Below are positions 38,740 to 47,146 of a stretch of 64,000 nucleotides of DNA, piece after piece. Location of the stretch: NCBI GenBank assembly GCA_016873275.1, contig VGXO01000001.1, positions 61,678 through 125,677 on the forward strand, in the 5' to 3' direction. Source of the stretch: Phycisphaerae bacterium (lineage in GTDB: Bacteria; Planctomycetota; Phycisphaerae; Phycisphaerales; SM1A02). Made by a program: the position numbers and the translations under genes. Below the pieces are notes generated by a model, which saw nothing but the letters and a program-made list of their open reading frames with translations, was not told the DNA's origin and did no database searches. Position 1 is the first letter of the stretch. Each line of letters begins with the position of its first letter.

Positions 38740-39690
38740 TCAGATCACCCGACGGCGCGAGGTGGATCCGTCGAGGGCATAGACGCGGTCGCGTCCCGCC
38801 GACTTCGCCCGGTAGAGCGCCTCGTCCGCCGCATGGACGAGCGACAGCGACGTGCCCGCCTGCTCGATCGACGCGAGGTCCGCCACCCCGAAGGACGCGG
38901 TGACCACCAGGTCCTCCCGACCGCCGAAGCGCTCCGCGGCGAGGCGCCGCCGGATGCGCTCCGCGACCTCGAGCGCGGAGTCCGTGGAGGTGCCGGGGAG
39001 GATCAGGGCGAACTCCTCGCCGCCGTAGCGGCAGGCGACGTCGCTCGCCCGCCCGGTCGCGAGGATCGACGCGAAGCGGGCGATGACCTCGTCGCCCACC
39101 GGATGACCGAAGCGGTCGTTGATCGACTTGAAGTGATCGACGTCGGCGAGGACGAGCGAGACCGGACGCCCGTAGCGGATCGACTCGGAGACCTCCTCGT
39201 CGAGGCGGCGGTCGAAGTAGGCGCGGTTCCAGAGCCCGGTGAGCCCGTCGATGCGCGCCTTCTGCGCGAGCATCGAGAGCAGCCTGCGAAGGCGCAGCGC
39301 CGAGCGCACCCGCGCCCGGAGCTCCGCCGCGTCGAAGGGCTTGCCGATGAAGTCCACGGCGCCGCGGTCGAGCGCCCGCACGCGGTGCTCGGTGTCGCCG
39401 CTTCCGGAGAGGAAGATCACCGAGAGGTCGTGGGTCCGAGGGTCGTCCTGCAGCGCCGCGAGCACCGCGAACCCCTCGCTTCCCTCCGGTCCGAGGTGGA
39501 CGTCGAGCAGCACCACCTCCGGCAGCAGCTCCCGCGCCATGGCGACGCCGGTCGCCGCGTCGGCGGCGAGGTGCAGCTCCATCGGCTCGTGCCGCAGGTG
39601 ACGCCCGAGCAGCCCGCGGATCATCGGGCAGTCGTCGATCGCCAGCACCCGAGGTACGCGCTCCGGCTCGACCATCTCGGCGCTCCTCAT
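38740..39690 (-). CDS. response-regulator receiver plus GGDEF diguanylate cyclase
   Basis: Trimmed to the ATG that overlaps the Hpt stop (ATGA). Receiver: VLAIDD...VVLLDVHL...KP. GGDEF domain with an intact GGEEF motif and an RASD I-site. Confidence 0.9.
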   Translation of the reverse strand: MRSAEMVEPERVPRVLAIDDCPMIRGLLGRHLRHEPMELHLAADAATGVAMARELLPEVVLLDVHLGPEGSEGFAVLAALQDDPRTHDLSVIFLSGSGDTEHRVRALDRGAVDFIGKPFDAAELRARVRSALRLRRLLSMLAQKARIDGLTGLWNRAYFDRRLDEEVSESIRYGRPVSLVLADVDHFKSINDRFGHPVGDEVIARFASILATGRASDVACRYGGEEFALILPGTSTDSALEVAERIRRRLAAERFGGREDLVVTASFGVADLASIEQAGTSLSLVHAADEALYRAKSAGRDRVYALDGSTSRRRVI

Positions 39691-40016
39691 GCCGCCGAGA
39701 GGCGGCGGACCGTCCGCTCGAGTTCCTCGATCCGCTCGCGGACCAGCGGCGAGTCCGCCTCGCCGCGGAGCAGGTCCTCGATGGCTCCCGCCGCCGTGCC
39801 GACCTCCGGGAAGCCGTAGCCGCCCGCGGCGCCCCGAATCTGGTGCGAGACGAAGCGCACGCCCGCGAGGTCTCCCTGCGACCACGCCGTGCGCATCGCC
39901 TCGAGCCTGACCACGAGCTGGGCAACGAAGAGCTCGGCGAGCTCCGCCATCTCCGGATCGTCCGGGAAGCGGGAGCGACCGATCCCGGTGCCCGCGGTGG
40001 AGGTTCGCTCGACCAT
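39687..40016 (-). CDS. Hpt-domain phosphotransfer protein
   Basis: 109 aa. SHQIRGAAGGYGF matches the HxxKG Hpt motif. Confidence 0.75.
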   Translation of the reverse strand: MVERTSTAGTGIGRSRFPDDPEMAELAELFVAQLVVRLEAMRTAWSQGDLAGVRFVSHQIRGAAGGYGFPEVGTAAGAIEDLLRGEADSPLVRERIEELERTVRRLSAA

Positions 40017-40189
40017 GCCGGCGTCATCGGACGACCGAGGGGGTGACTTCGGCGGGGGTCGGGACTCGGTCGAGGATCCCCGTGATCGTCCCCGCGACCT
40101 CGACCTTCGTTGACCCTCCTCCCCGCGTCCCGTACCCTCGCGCCTTCGCCGACCCGCGCCGGGCGAGAGCCCTGCCCGAGGAGATCCCG

Positions 40190-41155
40190 ATGGTCCCCAA
40201 GCCTCCCGCGAGGGAGACCTCGTCAGGCTTCATCTACGTCCCGCCGTACCGGGTGCAGGGCTTCAGCATCGCCGGCGAGGGCACCGTGGTGCAGGTGCCC
40301 GAGCTCGACGTCTGCTTCGACATCGGCACCTGCCCGCGGATGGTGCTTCCATCGCCGTTGGTCGCCCTCAGTCATGGGCACATGGACCACGTGGGCGGGC
40401 TGCCCTACTGGCTCAGTCAGCGGCACTTCCAGAAGCTTGGTCCGGGGCGCATCGCCTGCCACCAGCGCCTGGAAGGTCCGCTGCGGCGGATGCTCGAGAG
40501 TTGGGTCGACCTCGAGCGGCAGAAGACGCCGTTCGAGATCGTCGGGCTCGAGGATGGCGAGGAGGTCCAGCTCCGACCGAACCTCATGCTCCGCGCGATC
40601 GAGGTGAGCCACACCAGCCCCAGCATGGGATGGGTGGTGATCGAGCGCCGAAGCAAGCTCCGAGAGGAGTTCCTCGACCTGCCGCAGGACCGCCTCGTCG
40701 AGCTCAAGTCGCGCGGCACGCCGATCACCCGCACGCTCGAGATCCCCCTCGTCGCCTACACCGGCGACACCGAGATGGGTCCGTTCCTGCTCCGACCGGA
40801 GTTCTGCGAGGCGAAGATCGTGCTCTCCGAATGCACCTTCTTCGACCCCGACCATCGCGGTCGCGCGAAGGTCGGTCGGCACCTCCACGTCGAGGACGTC
40901 GCGCAGCTCGTCAGGTCGTGGAAGGCGGAGGCGGTGATCATCGTGCACCTCTCGCGGCGGAGCCCGCTCGGCATGATCCGCGAGCGCCTCGACGCGATCG
41001 ACGGCGGCGCCCACAAGGACCGCCTGCTCGTGCTGATGGACCACCGCGCGAACCGACGCCGCCTCGAGGCGCAGGTCGCCGCCGAGGCACCCGCCGGAGA
41101 CGATGCGGCGGAGGCGCGGGCGGCGACCGAGGTCCAGGCGGGCGAGGAGGAATGA
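40190..41155 (+). CDS. MBL-fold metallo-hydrolase (RNase Z-like)
   Basis: Trimmed to MVPKPPARE.... Contains the HGHMDHVGG (HxHxDH) motif. Confidence 0.8.
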   Translation: MVPKPPARETSSGFIYVPPYRVQGFSIAGEGTVVQVPELDVCFDIGTCPRMVLPSPLVALSHGHMDHVGGLPYWLSQRHFQKLGPGRIACHQRLEGPLRRMLESWVDLERQKTPFEIVGLEDGEEVQLRPNLMLRAIEVSHTSPSMGWVVIERRSKLREEFLDLPQDRLVELKSRGTPITRTLEIPLVAYTGDTEMGPFLLRPEFCEAKIVLSECTFFDPDHRGRAKVGRHLHVEDVAQLVRSWKAEAVIIVHLSRRSPLGMIRERLDAIDGGAHKDRLLVLMDHRANRRRLEAQVAAEAPAGDDAAEARAATEVQAGEEE

Positions 41156-41988
41156 CCGCCGCGGCGGCGACCTCCTCGACGATCCAGCCGATCCGGGCTC
41201 AGAGGCTCGAGGCGTTCATCATCAACCTCGACCGCGCGACCGAGCGCCTGCGGTTCGTCGAGCAGGGGATCCTCGCGACGGGCATCCCGTACCGCCGCGT
41301 CTCCGCGGTCGAGGGGCGAAGGATCTCCTTTCCGATCCCCGAGTTCGACGAGCACGGCTATCAGCGGCGTCATGGGCGTCGCCGGAACGACGCCGAGGTC
41401 GGCTGCTACCTGAGCCACCTCGAGTGCCTCCGCCTCCTGCTCGCCTCGGACCTCGACCTCGCGCTCGTCCTCGAGGACGACGCGTCCCCGTCGCCCGACC
41501 TGAGCCTCGTGATCGAGGAGGCGCTCCGCTACCAGGACGCGTGGGACGTGCTTCGCTTGTCGGGCTACCACGATCCCCATCCGATGCCGATCGCCATGCT
41601 TCGCACCGCGATGCCGCGGCGCCTCTGCGTGCCGCTCTCGAGGCTCTCCGGCGCCGCCGCCTACGTGGTGGGGCGACGCGCCGCGGAGGTCCTCCTTCGG
41701 CGCCTCGTCCCGATGCGCGTTCCCTTCGACCACGCGCTCGACCGCGAGTGGTTTCATGGACTTCGGGTCGCGATGGTCGATCCTCTTCCCGTCGCGCAGA
41801 TGGGTCACGACCTCGGGACGCAGATCCCCCTCGCCGCCGACCGGCTCCCGTGGCTTCGCCGCCACGCGACGGTCTTCCCCTACCGCGCGATGAACGAGGC
41901 ATCAAGGGTGATCTTCAGGATCGGGCAATGGTTCCGCGGCCGGAGGATCGCCCGGCGGATCGACCATCGCTCCGCGCCCCGCGCGTGA
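41152..41988 (+). CDS. GT25-family glycosyltransferase (LPS/LOS type)
   Basis: ATGA overlap with the previous gene. ...EAFIINLDRATERL...GCYLSHLECLR...LVLEDDA... is the GT25 pattern. Confidence 0.85.
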   Translation: MTAAAATSSTIQPIRAQRLEAFIINLDRATERLRFVEQGILATGIPYRRVSAVEGRRISFPIPEFDEHGYQRRHGRRRNDAEVGCYLSHLECLRLLLASDLDLALVLEDDASPSPDLSLVIEEALRYQDAWDVLRLSGYHDPHPMPIAMLRTAMPRRLCVPLSRLSGAAAYVVGRRAAEVLLRRLVPMRVPFDHALDREWFHGLRVAMVDPLPVAQMGHDLGTQIPLAADRLPWLRRHATVFPYRAMNEASRVIFRIGQWFRGRRIARRIDHRSAPRA

Positions 41989-42036
41989 GGTCGATTCCCA
42001 TCTCTCCGCATCCCGCCGTCGAGGAGCGTCGCGGCG

Positions 42037-42065
42037 TTGACGCTCGTGGTGGCTCCCTCTACATT
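42037..42065 (+). promoter_or_regulatory. dnaA promoter candidate (TTGACG, 17-nt spacer, TACATT)
   Basis: Read from the sequence. A 17-bp palindrome, GTCGCCAT-G-ATGGCGAC, follows at 42072-42088. Confidence 0.35.
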
Positions 42066-42239
42066 CGATCCGTCGCCATGATGGCGACCAAGGCGGCGTC
42101 CGCGCCGCCGGCACCTACAACGAAGGATCGTTTATGCGGAGATCCGACCCGCCGAGGGTCGGCGTGGGTCCCGCCCGTCGCCGCGTCCGCGGCAGGGATG
42201 GGACCTTTCGTGGGAAGGCGTGGAACAGGCTGAACGTCG

Positions 42240-43613
42240 ATGGCACGACTGGGACCTGACTTCGCGAGGCAGTTCAACGAGCACCTGCGGCGGCACCATC
42301 CCGAGATGTGCCGCCACTGGTTCGACGACATCGAGCCGCTCGACCTCGAGGGCGGCACGGTGCGGATGCTCGTCCGCGAGCCGGTGCAGCTCAGGTACCT
42401 CCAGCGCTGCTGCACGAGGCAGTTCACCGAGGCGGTGCAGGCGGTGACGGGGCGGCTCCTTGCGATCCGCTTCGTCGGTCCGCAGGACGAGTTCACCGCC
42501 TCGCCGGAGCCCGGCGAGCCGAGCACCGAGGGACTGCCACGGCTCGACGAGCAGATGCTGCTCTCGCCCGACTACACCTTCGACAACTTCGTGGTCGGTC
42601 CGGGCAACCGCCTCGCCCATGCGGCGGCGATGGCGGTCGCGGGGAGACCAGGTCGCGCCTACAACCCGTTCTTCGTGCATGGCGGCGTGGGGCTCGGGAA
42701 GACCCACCTGCTGCAGGCGATCACGCAGTCGATCCTCCGCGCCGACCGCACCGCCCGCATCTGCTACATCTCCTGCGGCACCTTCACCGATGCCTTCCAC
42801 GACTCGGTCCGCGCCGGTCGGATGACCGAGTTCCGCGACCGCTTCCGGAACGTGGATGTCCTCGTCATCGACGACATCCACTTCCTCTCGAAGCGCGAGC
42901 AGACCCAGGAGGAGTTCTTCCACACCTTCAACGCCCTCTACCAGGCGGGCAGGCAGATGGTGCTCTCCTCCGACGCGGCGCCCCAGGACATCCCCGACCT
43001 CGAGGAGCGCCTGACGAGCCGCTTCAACTGCGGGCTCGTCGCGCGAGTGGACCGACCCTGCTTCGAGACCCGCGTCTCGATCCTGCGCAACAAGGCGCAG
43101 ATGCTGAACCTGCCGGTCCCGGACGACGTCCCCGCCTACATCGCTGCCCGGATCGACTCGAACATCCGCGAGCTCGAGGGGGCGCTTGCCAAGGTCCGCG
43201 GACTCGCCCACGCGATGGGATGCCCGATCACGCTCGAGCTCGCGAAGACCGCCCTCGCCGCGGACTCGGGACTCGGGCGGGCAGTCGGTCAGCCCAACCT
43301 CCAGATCATCGTGGACGCGGTGACCAAGTTCTACGACGTCAGGCTCACCGACCTCCTCTCGAAGCGGCGGCACAAGTCGATCGCCCTGCCCCGGCAGGTC
43401 TGCATGTGGCTTGCCCGCCGGCACACCCGCTTCAGCCTCGAGGAGATCGGCGGCTACTTCGGCGGTCGCGACCACACCACCGTCATGCACGCGATCCGGA
43501 CGATCGACGCCCGGCGCCAGTCCGACCATCGCTTCAACGGCGAGGTCGAGAGGCTCGACTCCGACCTCTCGACCAATCCTGCGCCAGCCGACGTCGAGTC
43601 TCGGACGACCTGA
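42240..43613 (+). CDS. dnaA: chromosomal replication initiator DnaA
   Basis: 457 aa. ...NPFFVHGGVGLGKTHLLQAI (Walker A), VLVIDDIHFL, and a C-terminal DNA-binding domain (...HTTVMHA...). Confidence 0.97.
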   Translation: MARLGPDFARQFNEHLRRHHPEMCRHWFDDIEPLDLEGGTVRMLVREPVQLRYLQRCCTRQFTEAVQAVTGRLLAIRFVGPQDEFTASPEPGEPSTEGLPRLDEQMLLSPDYTFDNFVVGPGNRLAHAAAMAVAGRPGRAYNPFFVHGGVGLGKTHLLQAITQSILRADRTARICYISCGTFTDAFHDSVRAGRMTEFRDRFRNVDVLVIDDIHFLSKREQTQEEFFHTFNALYQAGRQMVLSSDAAPQDIPDLEERLTSRFNCGLVARVDRPCFETRVSILRNKAQMLNLPVPDDVPAYIAARIDSNIRELEGALAKVRGLAHAMGCPITLELAKTALAADSGLGRAVGQPNLQIIVDAVTKFYDVRLTDLLSKRRHKSIALPRQVCMWLARRHTRFSLEEIGGYFGGRDHTTVMHAIRTIDARRQSDHRFNGEVERLDSDLSTNPAPADVESRTT

Positions 43614-44097
43614 GTCGCGGGGTGGGGGGGTTGGGTGTTGGAGGTTGGGGCATTGGCAATTCCGACTCGAAGTTGCCCTGGCGTCATCGCCCCCAACCCG
43701 TAGAGGCGCCAGAGCGCGGTGCCACTATCTGATTCATGTGGATAACTCGACGGTTGAGGGTGCCTCCTCGTCTGTTCGGACCTTGAACAACCCATCGCCA
43801 TCGATCCGTGTCCGGAGTCGAGTTGGGCTGCGACCGACTTCCTGCGGTCCGATGTGGAGACCCGACAGGATGATGTCAGGTTCTCCACCTGACGCTCCAC
43901 TCCCATCATCATGCCATAAATGGACTTAGCACCGAGATCCGAGACTCATCCACCAACCGACAGGCCTCTCTCTTCTGTGAAGGAGTTACTTCTCAATCAA
44001 TAGGCCGGAGTTGTCTGAGGTGACCTCCTCAAGGTTCGTCTGGTGCACGCGGCTCTTCTGCACTCCTTGTGGATAACCACCTACCCGTTCATCGGAC
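43614..44097. other. candidate oriC
   Basis: Two perfect TGTGGATAA boxes at 43737-43745 and 44068-44076. Degenerate boxes are TGTGGAGAC at 43853, TTCTCCACC at 43881 and TCATCCACC at 43947. The most AT-rich stretches of the window lie at about 43905-43930 and 43986-44003. Adjacent to dnaA. Confidence 0.5.
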
Positions 44098-44919
44098 TCA
44101 ATGTTGACAACTTGGGCAGAAGCAACTGGAGCGACCCCCGATGGCTCGTGATCGAAGGGTCGTTCCACAACCAAGACAGGGGCAGCCGGAGCGCCCGTAG
44201 ACCCGGTGAAGGGTCTGAGCGGAACCCGGTCGACCGGAGGCGTCCCGGTAGTCCCGCAGGGTGGAGCCGCCGGCGCCGATCGCTCCTTCGAGCACCACCG
44301 GCACGAGCCGGGCGACCTCGAGGAGGGTCGCCCGGGAGACCCGGCGGCACCGTCGGGAGGGTCGCACCCCGGCGAGGTGGAGGACCTCGTCCACGTAGAT
44401 GTTCCCGAGTCCCGCGACGAGACCCTGGTCGAGGAGCGCGGACTTGATGGGACGGTCTCGTCCGGCGAGGCGGTCGGCGAGCGCCTCCGGGTCGATCGAG
44501 AGGGCATCCGGTCCCATCGCCGCGATCCGCTGCTCGATCGCCCGCGACCAGGTCGGGTGAAGGGAGATCCCCCCGAAGCGCCTTGGATCGACGAAGGCGA
44601 GGTCGATCCTCGTCCCATCCGGCGCCTCGAGCGAGAACCGGACGTGCTCATGACGCTCGGCGGGGGAGTTGTTCCCGACGATCGTCAGCCGCCCGGACAT
44701 CCCTAGGTGGACGCAGATCGTCCTCGCCTCGCCCGACTCGACGATGGCGAGCAGCTTGCCGTGCCGTCGGAGCGAGCCCACGACGAGGTCCCGGATCGGT
44801 CGATCGAGCTCATCGACGACGACGTCGGGGCGGGCGACGTGGACCTCGCGGATCCTTGCGCCGACCACGCGGTCGAGCATCGACCTCCGCAGCGACTCGA
44901 CCTCTGGCAGCTCCGGCAT
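44098..44919 (-). CDS. mutM: formamidopyrimidine-DNA glycosylase
   Basis: MPELPEVE N-terminus. H2TH region. C-terminal zinc finger CxxC...CxxC. Confidence 0.93.
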   Translation of the reverse strand: MPELPEVESLRRSMLDRVVGARIREVHVARPDVVVDELDRPIRDLVVGSLRRHGKLLAIVESGEARTICVHLGMSGRLTIVGNNSPAERHEHVRFSLEAPDGTRIDLAFVDPRRFGGISLHPTWSRAIEQRIAAMGPDALSIDPEALADRLAGRDRPIKSALLDQGLVAGLGNIYVDEVLHLAGVRPSRRCRRVSRATLLEVARLVPVVLEGAIGAGGSTLRDYRDASGRPGSAQTLHRVYGRSGCPCLGCGTTLRSRAIGGRSSCFCPSCQH

Positions 44920-45043
44920 TCGTTGGCTCGCTCCCGCGGTCGGGTCGAGGGGTCGGCCTCATATACTCGACCCTGCCGCGGCGCCGATGGCGCCCTCGCG
45001 GCGGAATCCGATCGACGAGGCGGGACGAGGCGAGGAGTCTCCG

Positions 45044-46117
45044 ATGAGCGATGGATCGCGTGGAGGTCCGGATCAGGTCGGCATGGTCGCTCCGGTCGAT
45101 CCGGTCGAGGCGGTCGCCGAGGTCCGCCGCGCCGCGGGCAGGGTCCGCGAGGAGGTCCACAAGGTCATCGTGGGGCAGGACGAGGTGCTCGAGCAGGTCC
45201 TGATCGCGATGTTCTGCGGCGGTCACGCGGTCGTGGAGGGGGTGCCGGGTCTCGCGAAGACGCTCCTCATCTCGACGATCGCCCAGACCCTGAGCCTCGG
45301 CTTCAGCCGCATCCAGTTCACCCCCGACCTGATGCCCTCGGACATGACCGGCACGGAGGTCATCGAGGAGGACAAGACCACCGGCTCCCGCGAGCTCCGC
45401 TTCGTGCGGGGACCCATCTTCTCGAACGTGATCCTCGCCGACGAGATCAACCGCACGCCGCCGAAGACGCAGGCGGCGCTCCTCGAGGCGATGCAGGAGC
45501 GTCAGGTGACCGTCGGCGGCGTGCAGCACAAGCTGCCGAGCCCCTTCTTCGTCCTCGCGACGCAGAACCCGATCGAGCAGGAGGGCACGTACCCGCTGCC
45601 GGAGGCGCAGCTCGACCGCTTCATGCTCGACGTCCGGATCGGCTACCCAAGCGAGGAGGAGGAGCTCGACATCGTGCGCCGCACGACCGCGACCGGCGGG
45701 GCGCGACCGCAGCGGATCCTCTCGGGCGACGACTGCCTGCGGATCCAGGACGCGGTGCGCCGCGTGCCGGTCGCCGACCACGTCGCCCGCTACGCGCTCC
45801 GCCTCGTGCGGGCGACCCGCATCAAGGAGCCGGGTCCCAAGCCGCGCAAGGTCGTCGACTACCTCCGATGGGGCGCCGGACCGCGGGCGAGCCAGTTCCT
45901 CGTCCTCGCGGCGAAGGCGAAGGCGGCGATGGCGGGCGACCTGCAGGTGACGCCGGACCACCTCCGCGCGATCGCGCTTCCGGTCCTGAGGCACCGCATC
46001 ATCACGAACTTCAACGCGGAGGCGGACGGCGTGGGCGCGGACGACATCGTGCGGTCGCTCCTCGAGGAGGTCCCGCTCGAGTCGTCCTCCCGCACCCTCG
46101 ACGCGGTGGCGAGGTGA
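45044..46117 (+). CDS. MoxR-family AAA+ ATPase
   Basis: Trimmed to MSDGSRGG.... Contains VEGVPGLAKT, ILADEINRTPPKTQAALLEAMQE and FVLATQNP. Confidence 0.93.
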   Translation: MSDGSRGGPDQVGMVAPVDPVEAVAEVRRAAGRVREEVHKVIVGQDEVLEQVLIAMFCGGHAVVEGVPGLAKTLLISTIAQTLSLGFSRIQFTPDLMPSDMTGTEVIEEDKTTGSRELRFVRGPIFSNVILADEINRTPPKTQAALLEAMQERQVTVGGVQHKLPSPFFVLATQNPIEQEGTYPLPEAQLDRFMLDVRIGYPSEEEELDIVRRTTATGGARPQRILSGDDCLRIQDAVRRVPVADHVARYALRLVRATRIKEPGPKPRKVVDYLRWGAGPRASQFLVLAAKAKAAMAGDLQVTPDHLRAIALPVLRHRIITNFNAEADGVGADDIVRSLLEEVPLESSSRTLDAVAR

Positions 46118-47124
46118 GCGGTGACCGCGCGGGCGAGGCGGGCGATGAGGCGCGGAATGAGGCAAGGCTCCGCGCCGAGCAGTACCTCGCGCCAGAGACG
46201 ATCGGGCAGCTCGGCTCCTTCGAGCTCCGCGCCCGGATGATCGCCGAGGGCGTCACGAGCGGCATGCACCGCTCGCCCTACCAGGGTCCCGCCGTCGAGT
46301 TCGCCGAGCATCGCGCCTACGTCCCCGGCGACGACCTCCGACACCTCGACTGGAAGGTCTTCGGCCGCACCGACAAGCTGCACCTCAAGCGCTTCCAGCA
46401 GGAGACGACGCTCGACGTCCTCGTGATGGTCGACGCCTCCGGCTCGATGGGCTACGGGACGCTGGAGGTCAAGTCCGGCTGGGGCGGCACCAGCGCCTCC
46501 GGGCGCCGCCGCATGTGGACGAAGTTCGACCACGCCGTGGCGACCGCGGCGGCGGTGGCGTACCTCTCGCTCCAGCAGCGCGACCGCGTGGGGCTCGCGA
46601 CCTACTCCGACGGCGCGAAGTCCTCGCTTCGGCGGAGCGCCGGTCGCGACCAGTGGCGCTCGATCGTCCAGGTGCTCTCGGGCGCCTCGGTCGGCGGCGT
46701 CGCCGACCTGCCGCGCAGCCTCGAGCAGGCGCTCGCCCAGAGCCCAGGTCGCCTGCTCGTCGTCCTCGTCTCCGACCTCCTCGGGCCGATCGAGCCGCTG
46801 CGGCAGGCGCTCGCGATCTGCCGGCACCGCCGGCTCGACGTGGTGCTCCTCGAGGTGCTCGACCGCGCCGAGCTCCGCTTCCCGCTCCGCGAGGAGGCGC
46901 CCTTCGAGGGTCTCGAGGGCGAGCCGACCATCGAGGCGGACCCCCGTGCCGTGCGCCAGGAGTACCTCGAGGCGCTGCGGGCGCACCTCGACGCGGTGCA
47001 CCGCACCGCGCGATCCTTCGGCTTCGACCATCTCGTGATGGACTCGCACGACTCGGTCGGTCCGGCGCTTGCGCTCCTCCTCGCGCGGCGGCAGGCGATG
47101 CTTCGCACGGGGCGGGCGGGATGA
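46114..47124 (+). CDS. DUF58 (vWA-like) protein
   Basis: Putative GTG start overlapping the MoxR stop (GTGA). ...HRSPYQGPAVEFAEHRAYVPGDDLRHLDWKV... plus the MIDAS-like VMVDASGSM. Confidence 0.85.
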   Translation: MSGDRAGEAGDEARNEARLRAEQYLAPETIGQLGSFELRARMIAEGVTSGMHRSPYQGPAVEFAEHRAYVPGDDLRHLDWKVFGRTDKLHLKRFQQETTLDVLVMVDASGSMGYGTLEVKSGWGGTSASGRRRMWTKFDHAVATAAAVAYLSLQQRDRVGLATYSDGAKSSLRRSAGRDQWRSIVQVLSGASVGGVADLPRSLEQALAQSPGRLLVVLVSDLLGPIEPLRQALAICRHRRLDVVLLEVLDRAELRFPLREEAPFEGLEGEPTIEADPRAVRQEYLEALRAHLDAVHRTARSFGFDHLVMDSHDSVGPALALLLARRQAMLRTGRAG

Positions 47125-47146
47125 CCATCCGCCACGGAGCCGCGCG

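Noticed and set aside
42078-42233. 51-codon ORF (MMATKAAS...) between the promoter and dnaA, considered as rpmH or a leader peptide
   Set aside because: It has no resemblance to L34 (no MKRTFQP... Lys/Arg pattern) and no support beyond being open.
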